From an uncultured Chloroflexia bacterium (lineage in GTDB: Bacteria > Chloroflexota > Limnocylindria > Limnocylindrales > CSP1-4): a stretch of 64,000 nucleotides of DNA. Below the pieces are notes generated by a model, which searched no databases, had not been told where the DNA came from, and saw nothing but the letters and a program-made list of their open reading frames with translations. This document shows positions 59,181-64,000 of the stretch, piece after piece. The stretch lies in the NCBI GenBank assembly GCA_963813335.1, contig CAWEYL010000006.1:32001-96000 (forward strand). Reading direction: 5' to 3'. Numbering within the stretch: position 1 is the stretch's first letter; every line of letters starts with the position of its first letter. Made by a program: the position numbers and the translations under genes.

Positions 59181-60738
59181 GGAGCGCGGCTCGGGCGCGT
59201 CCTCGTCGCCGGTCCTCAGCGGGCCCGCGGTCCCGCCGGCGGCCAGCATCACCGGCGTGTCGGCCGTGGGGGTGCCGGTCCAGGCGATCCCGACGCGCAG
59301 CTCGCGGTTCGCCTTCCGCACGCGGCTGACGCTGGCGCTCCTCGCGAGCGCGATCCTGCCGCTCGCGGTCTTCTGCATCGTCGGGCTCCTGATCGTCCTG
59401 GTGCTGATCCAGGGGCCGCTCGACCCGACGATCGCGCGGCTGCTGCTGTTCGCCCTGGCCATCGTGATCACCCTGGCGATCATCGGGTCGTACCTGCTGG
59501 TCGAGGACCTGACCGCGCCGCTGCGCGGGTTCGCGCGGGCGGTCGACCGGGTGTCCGCGGGCGACCTGTCGCACCCGATCCACATCGCCGGCGACGACGA
59601 GCTGGCCCACCTGGCCGAGAGCCACAACCGGCTGGCGGCCGATCTGCTGCGGCGCAACCAGGAGCTGGGGCGGATCCTCCAGGCGATCGAGGCGGTCTCG
59701 CCACGGGACGGGGTCCAGTTCCTGGCCTCACGGGCAGCCGATGACGCGAAAGCCGCGTTCGGGATGATCGACGCAGCCGTCTACCTGGGCAACCCCGCCC
59801 ATATCCCGATCATGGATGCGGTCCCCGGGGAGTCGCGGCCGTTGCGGGCCGTGCTCCGGGCGGGCGGCGAGGAACTGGGCGTGCTGTTCGGGCGACTGCC
59901 CGCGACCCGGTCGTGGGAGCGCGCCGACGGCGACCTGCTGGGGCTGTTCGCGAGCCACGTCGCGGTCGCGATCCGCAACGCCCAGCTGTTCACCCAGGTC
60001 GAGGAGCAGAACGCGCAGCTCATCGAGCTGGATGCGGCGAAGGACGAGTTCCTCCGCGGCGTCAGCCACAACCTCCAGACGCCGCTGACCTCGATCCGCG
60101 CCCATGCCGAGCAGCTGGGCGAGGACCGGCCGGACCGCCGGCTCGGGATCATCGCGGAGCAGTCGGAGCGGCTCTCGCGGATGGTCCGGCAGCTGCTGAC
60201 GGTGACCCGGCTGGAGTCCGGGGCCTTCAAGCCGAAGGCCGATGTCGTCGCGCTGGGCGGACGGGTGAAGAAGGCGTGGGAGGCGCTCGGCGCCGACGGC
60301 GTCGCGTTCACCCTCGAGGACCGCTCCGATGGCTGGCTGGCGATCGCCGACGCGGACCAGCTCGACCAGGTGCTGTGGGCGCTGCTCGACAACGCCGTGA
60401 AGTACGGGGAGCGTCGGCCGGTGTCGGTGGAGGTCATCGCGATCGTCGCGTCGCCCGACGTGTCACAGCTGCGGGTCACGATCACCGACGCCGGGCCGGG
60501 CGTGTCGGAGGCCGATCGCGAGCTGCTGTTCGGGCGGTTCCAGCGGGGCACGCAGCCGGTGGGCGACGCCGTCGGGGCCGGCCTCGAGGGGACGGGGCTG
60601 GAGGGGTCGGGCCTCGGGCTCTACGTGTCGCGCGAGCTGTGCCGGGCGATGGACGGGGACCTGGTGCTCGAGCCGCCGGTGGCGGGCCAGGGGGCGTCGT
60701 TCAGCATCTACCTGCCGGGCGAGCCCGCCACGGAATAG
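59173..60738 (+). CDS. Sensor histidine kinase (TM-HAMP-GAF-like-HisKA-HATPase)
   Basis: SHNLQTPL, LLDNAVKY, DAGPG, GSGLGL. Confidence 0.9.
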   Translation: MSEERGSGASSSPVLSGPAVPPAASITGVSAVGVPVQAIPTRSSRFAFRTRLTLALLASAILPLAVFCIVGLLIVLVLIQGPLDPTIARLLLFALAIVITLAIIGSYLLVEDLTAPLRGFARAVDRVSAGDLSHPIHIAGDDELAHLAESHNRLAADLLRRNQELGRILQAIEAVSPRDGVQFLASRAADDAKAAFGMIDAAVYLGNPAHIPIMDAVPGESRPLRAVLRAGGEELGVLFGRLPATRSWERADGDLLGLFASHVAVAIRNAQLFTQVEEQNAQLIELDAAKDEFLRGVSHNLQTPLTSIRAHAEQLGEDRPDRRLGIIAEQSERLSRMVRQLLTVTRLESGAFKPKADVVALGGRVKKAWEALGADGVAFTLEDRSDGWLAIADADQLDQVLWALLDNAVKYGERRPVSVEVIAIVASPDVSQLRVTITDAGPGVSEADRELLFGRFQRGTQPVGDAVGAGLEGTGLEGSGLGLYVSRELCRAMDGDLVLEPPVAGQGASFSIYLPGEPATE

Positions 60739-61538
60739 GTCTCCGGGCGGCGGTTCGCGAGCGCCGGGATCTGCCGGCGGACCGCGGCGACCCGGTCGAG
60801 GTCCAGCTCGGCGCGGATGATCCCGACGGTGTCGGCGGCCTGTGCGACCACCGTCCCCCACGGGTCGATGACCATGCTCCGGCCGTAGGCGGGCGCGCGT
60901 CCGCCGCCGGTCTGCGCGGGCGCGAGGACGTAGGCGCCGTTCTCGATCGCGCGAGCGCGGAGCAGCACCTCCCAGTGGTCGCGGCCGGTGCGCTCGGTGA
61001 AGTTGGCGGGGACCGTCAGGATCTCGGCGCCGGCCAGCGCGAGCGTCCGGTACAGCTCCGGGAAGCGGACGTCGTAGCAGATGGTCAGGCCGAGGGTGAT
61101 GCCGTCCACAACGGCGGTCACGGCCGCGTCGCCGGCGCTCACGCGCGCGGACTCCGTGTCGGCCGGTCCCCGGTCGACGGCGACATCGAACAGGTGGATC
61201 TTGCGGTAGGTGGCGCAGATGTCGCCATTGGGGTCGAGGAGGACGCTCGTGTTGAAGGGGCGGTCCGGGTCGGCCGAGGCTTCGGCCAGGCTGCCGACGA
61301 GGATCCACGTCCCGTGGCGGCGCGCGACCTCGGCGAACGCGTCCGTGTGCTCGCCGGGGACCGGGCGCGCGCTGGCGCGGAAGCCCGCGTCCGGCCCGCG
61401 GTATTGCAGGTACTCGGGGAGGGCCACCAGGCGTGTGCCGCCGGCGGCGGCTTCGGCGGCCAGGGCGGTGGCGCGCTCGATGTTGGCATCGACGTCGTCG
61501 GTGGCGTCCAGCTGGACGAGCGCCACGGAAAGCTTCAT
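60708..61538 (-). CDS. Carbon-nitrogen hydrolase (Nit1-like)
   Basis: LPE, YRKIHLFD, ICYDVRFPE, RARAIEN. Confidence 0.92.
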   Translation of the reverse strand: MKLSVALVQLDATDDVDANIERATALAAEAAAGGTRLVALPEYLQYRGPDAGFRASARPVPGEHTDAFAEVARRHGTWILVGSLAEASADPDRPFNTSVLLDPNGDICATYRKIHLFDVAVDRGPADTESARVSAGDAAVTAVVDGITLGLTICYDVRFPELYRTLALAGAEILTVPANFTERTGRDHWEVLLRARAIENGAYVLAPAQTGGGRAPAYGRSMVIDPWGTVVAQAADTVGIIRAELDLDRVAAVRRQIPALANRRPETYSVAGSPGR

Positions 61539-61624
61539 GCGGTCATCGTAGGGGGTCGCGGTGGGCGAGCGCGCGTGGCGTGCGGGGTCGGGTGGCGCCC
61601 GCCAGGGCTCGCCCATCCGCCGTT

Positions 61625-62085
61625 ATGCACGTTTCTCCAGGGGGACACCCTCCGATTCGCGTATGCACCTCGGCTGCATATCCGGCTGGGATGTTCGGCG
61701 TCTGCCGTCAGTTCCCGCCCTGGACCGGCCCTGGCCCGCCAGGTGGGCATCGGCGACCAATGATCACGCAGCCGGCACCCTCGCTATGCATCCCAGGGTG
61801 CATTGCAGGGCGGGTTGGCGATGAGGACAAGCCCAAAGCGTCGATCGTGCCCGCCCGGTGAGCCAGCGCGGCAGGGTTCGGTCCCGTGACGGCGTCGACT
61901 CGTCGCGGATGCCCGTGGAGCGGGCCTCCGGTGTCGCGGGCGCGCCTGGCCCGATCCCGAGGCGACCGGTGGGCCTACGGTGCCGCGGGCACTCCTGGCC
62001 CGAGCTCGAGGCGACCCGCGGGCCTCCGATATGCATCCGAGGTGCATACCGATTCTGAAAGCCACCGCCCCTGCGAAACGTGCAT
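61625..62085. repeat. Family A inverted repeat pair with a degenerate middle palindrome
   Basis: Unit on + at 61625-61679, unit on - at 62031-62085, ATGCATCCCAGGGTGCAT at 61786-61803. Confidence 0.75.
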
Positions 62086-62262
62086 ATCCCCACGCCGGGA
62101 CCGCCGCGCCGGGACCGCACGCCGCCCCCGCGGACGCCCGGAACGATTGCGAATTCCAAACCGGTCCTCTCACCGAGCCTTCAGGAACGGACGCGATAGT
62201 GGGAGGCAACGGGCTCGACTCGAGCCATCCGACCACCCACCCGAACCGTGAGATGTGCCGCC

Positions 62263-63339
62263 ATGACCCTGTCCCCCGATCCCAAGTCGGCCGCGCCCGC
62301 CGCGGCCGCGCCCGCCGCGCCCGCGCACGCCCCCGACCTCCACGCCGTCCCTGACACGAGCGACGCCCGCGCCATCAGCGAGTCGATCCTCTTCGAGGTC
62401 CGCCGCGTCATCGTCGGCCAGGACCAGATGCTCGAGCGGATCCTCGTCGGCCTGCTGTCCGGCGGCCACATCCTCCTCGAGGGTGTCCCGGGCCTCGCCA
62501 AGACGCTCACGATCAAGACGCTCGCCGACGTCCTCGGCGGCTCCTTCAAGCGCATCCAGTTCACGCCCGACCTGATGCCGTCCGACCTGGTCGGCACGCG
62601 CATCTACCGCCCCGGCGCCGCCAGCTTCGACACCGAGCTCGGCCCGGTGTTCGCCAACTTCCTGCTCGCCGACGAGATCAACCGCGCGCCGGCCAAGGTG
62701 CAGAGCGCGCTCCTCGAGGTCATGCAGGAGCACCAGGTCACGATCGGCCACAACACCTACCAGGTCCCGACCCCGTTCCTCGTCCTCGCGACGGAGAACC
62801 CGATCGAGGCCGAGGGCACCTACCCGCTGCCCGAGGCGCAGGTCGACCGCTTCATGCTCAAGATCCTCGTCGGCTACCCCAGCGCGACCGAGGAGGCCCA
62901 GATCGTCGCCCGCTCGCTCCGCCCGGGGCTCCCGCCGCGCAAGGTCCTCGACGCCGAGGAGCTCATCGCGCTCCAGGAGCGCGTCAACGAGGTCTACGTC
63001 GACCCGCGCATCATCAGCTACGCGGTCGGCCTCGTCGAAGCCACCCGCAAGCTCGAGTACTGGGGCGCGCCGGACCTCGCACCGTACGTCTCGTACGGCG
63101 CCAGCCCGCGCGGCTCGATCAACCTCGTCAATGGCGCCCGCGCGCTGGCTGTCCTCCGCGGCCGCCGCTACGTGCTGCCGAGCGACGTGGCCGAGCTCGC
63201 GCCCGACGTCCTCCGCCACCGCATCATCCTCAGCTACGCGGCCCTTGCGGACGGGATCACCCCCGACGCGGTCATCGCTCGCGTGCTGACCCTGGTCCGC
63301 GCCCCGCACCTCGACATGGCGGGCGAGATCTCGGCATGA
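62263..63339 (+). CDS. moxR: MoxR AAA+ ATPase
   Basis: EGVPGLAKT, RIQFTPDL, ADEINRA, YPLPEAQVDRF, GASPR. Confidence 0.93.
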   Translation: MTLSPDPKSAAPAAAAPAAPAHAPDLHAVPDTSDARAISESILFEVRRVIVGQDQMLERILVGLLSGGHILLEGVPGLAKTLTIKTLADVLGGSFKRIQFTPDLMPSDLVGTRIYRPGAASFDTELGPVFANFLLADEINRAPAKVQSALLEVMQEHQVTIGHNTYQVPTPFLVLATENPIEAEGTYPLPEAQVDRFMLKILVGYPSATEEAQIVARSLRPGLPPRKVLDAEELIALQERVNEVYVDPRIISYAVGLVEATRKLEYWGAPDLAPYVSYGASPRGSINLVNGARALAVLRGRRYVLPSDVAELAPDVLRHRIILSYAALADGITPDAVIARVLTLVRAPHLDMAGEISA

Positions 63340-64000
63340 CGAGCATGGCACGGCCGGGCGGCGCGACCGCCGCGCGGCCGACCGCCGACCTGGCCAACTC
63401 GGCCGGGCGGGTCCGAACCCCCGCCCGCCCCGGCCCCGGCCCCATCGCCGACGACCTGGTCCGCCGGCTCGAGGTCTCGCTGACCCGACGCGTCGGTGGC
63501 CGGATGACCGGCGACCACCGCGGCCGCGGCCTCGGCGAGGGCCTGGAGCTCGACCGGCTTCGTCCCTACGAGCCGGGCGACGACGTCCGGCGCATCGACT
63601 GGAACGCCACGGCCCGAAGCCTGGCCCCGCAGGTCCGCGAGGACGTGCCGGACCGGCAGATGACCGCCTGGCTCCTGCTCGACCAGTCCGCCTCGATGCA
63701 GTTCGGCACCGCCGACCGGCGCAAGGCCGACGTGGCCGAGGGCGCGGCGCTCGTGGTCGGTCGCTTCGTGGCCCGACGGACCGACCGCCTCGGGGTCATC
63801 ACCTTCGGCTCGGGCGAGCGCGAGACGATCATGCCACCCGCGGGCGGCCGTGTCGGGCTCACCGGCCTGGTCCGGGCGCTCGCGCACGAGCCCGCCGACG
63901 AGGGCGGCGGCCAGACCTCGATGCAGCGCGCGCTGCGGGTCATCGCCGCGGCCCGCACGACCCCGGGCCTCGTCGTGGTCATCTCCGACTTCCGCGGTGC
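63336..64000 (+). CDS. DUF58 protein (partial; runs off window)
   Basis: Manual translation: RPYEPGDDVRRIDWNATAR, LLDQSASM, VVISDF. Confidence 0.88.
   Translation, partial: MTSMARPGGATAARPTADLANSAGRVRTPARPGPGPIADDLVRRLEVSLTRRVGGRMTGDHRGRGLGEGLELDRLRPYEPGDDVRRIDWNATARSLAPQVREDVPDRQMTAWLLLDQSASMQFGTADRRKADVAEGAALVVGRFVARRTDRLGVITFGSGERETIMPPAGGRVGLTGLVRALAHEPADEGGGQTSMQRALRVIAAARTTPGLVVVISDFRG

Noticed and set aside
60055-60095. Unusual H-box SHNLQTP in the histidine kinase
   Set aside because: The phospho-His and all ATP-binding boxes are intact; a minor variant only

Overview
Very GC-rich bacterial chromosome segment. Gene style and content suggest Chloroflexota such as Limnocylindria, but this is inference only. 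It is mostly metabolic/housekeeping: an orphan DNA methyltransferase, a tRNA-Ile with the rare UAU anticodon, a Cys-free class-V PLP lyase divergent from an Asp-substituted rhodanese, an ATP-dependent DNA ligase, an osmoprotectant ABC transporter, an arsenic cluster (MerR-ArsC fusion with a 19-bp-spacer promoter, acr3, 2x arsR, arsP, thioredoxin, arsM, EamA), a phenylacetate (paa) cluster, an ECF/anti-sigma pair, fumC, a catalytically eroded ligase domain, glucosylglycerate genes (Ggs-like, USP-USP-GpgS fusion, glycerate kinase), nth, tadE/tadE/tadG-like genes, a two-component system and moxR/DUF58. Intergenic regions hold two dispersed inverted-repeat families. Many genes look leaderless (TANNNT 5-9 nt before the start). 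About seven single-base frameshifts in otherwise intact genes look like sequencing or assembly errors. No CRISPR array, integrase or transposase was seen.
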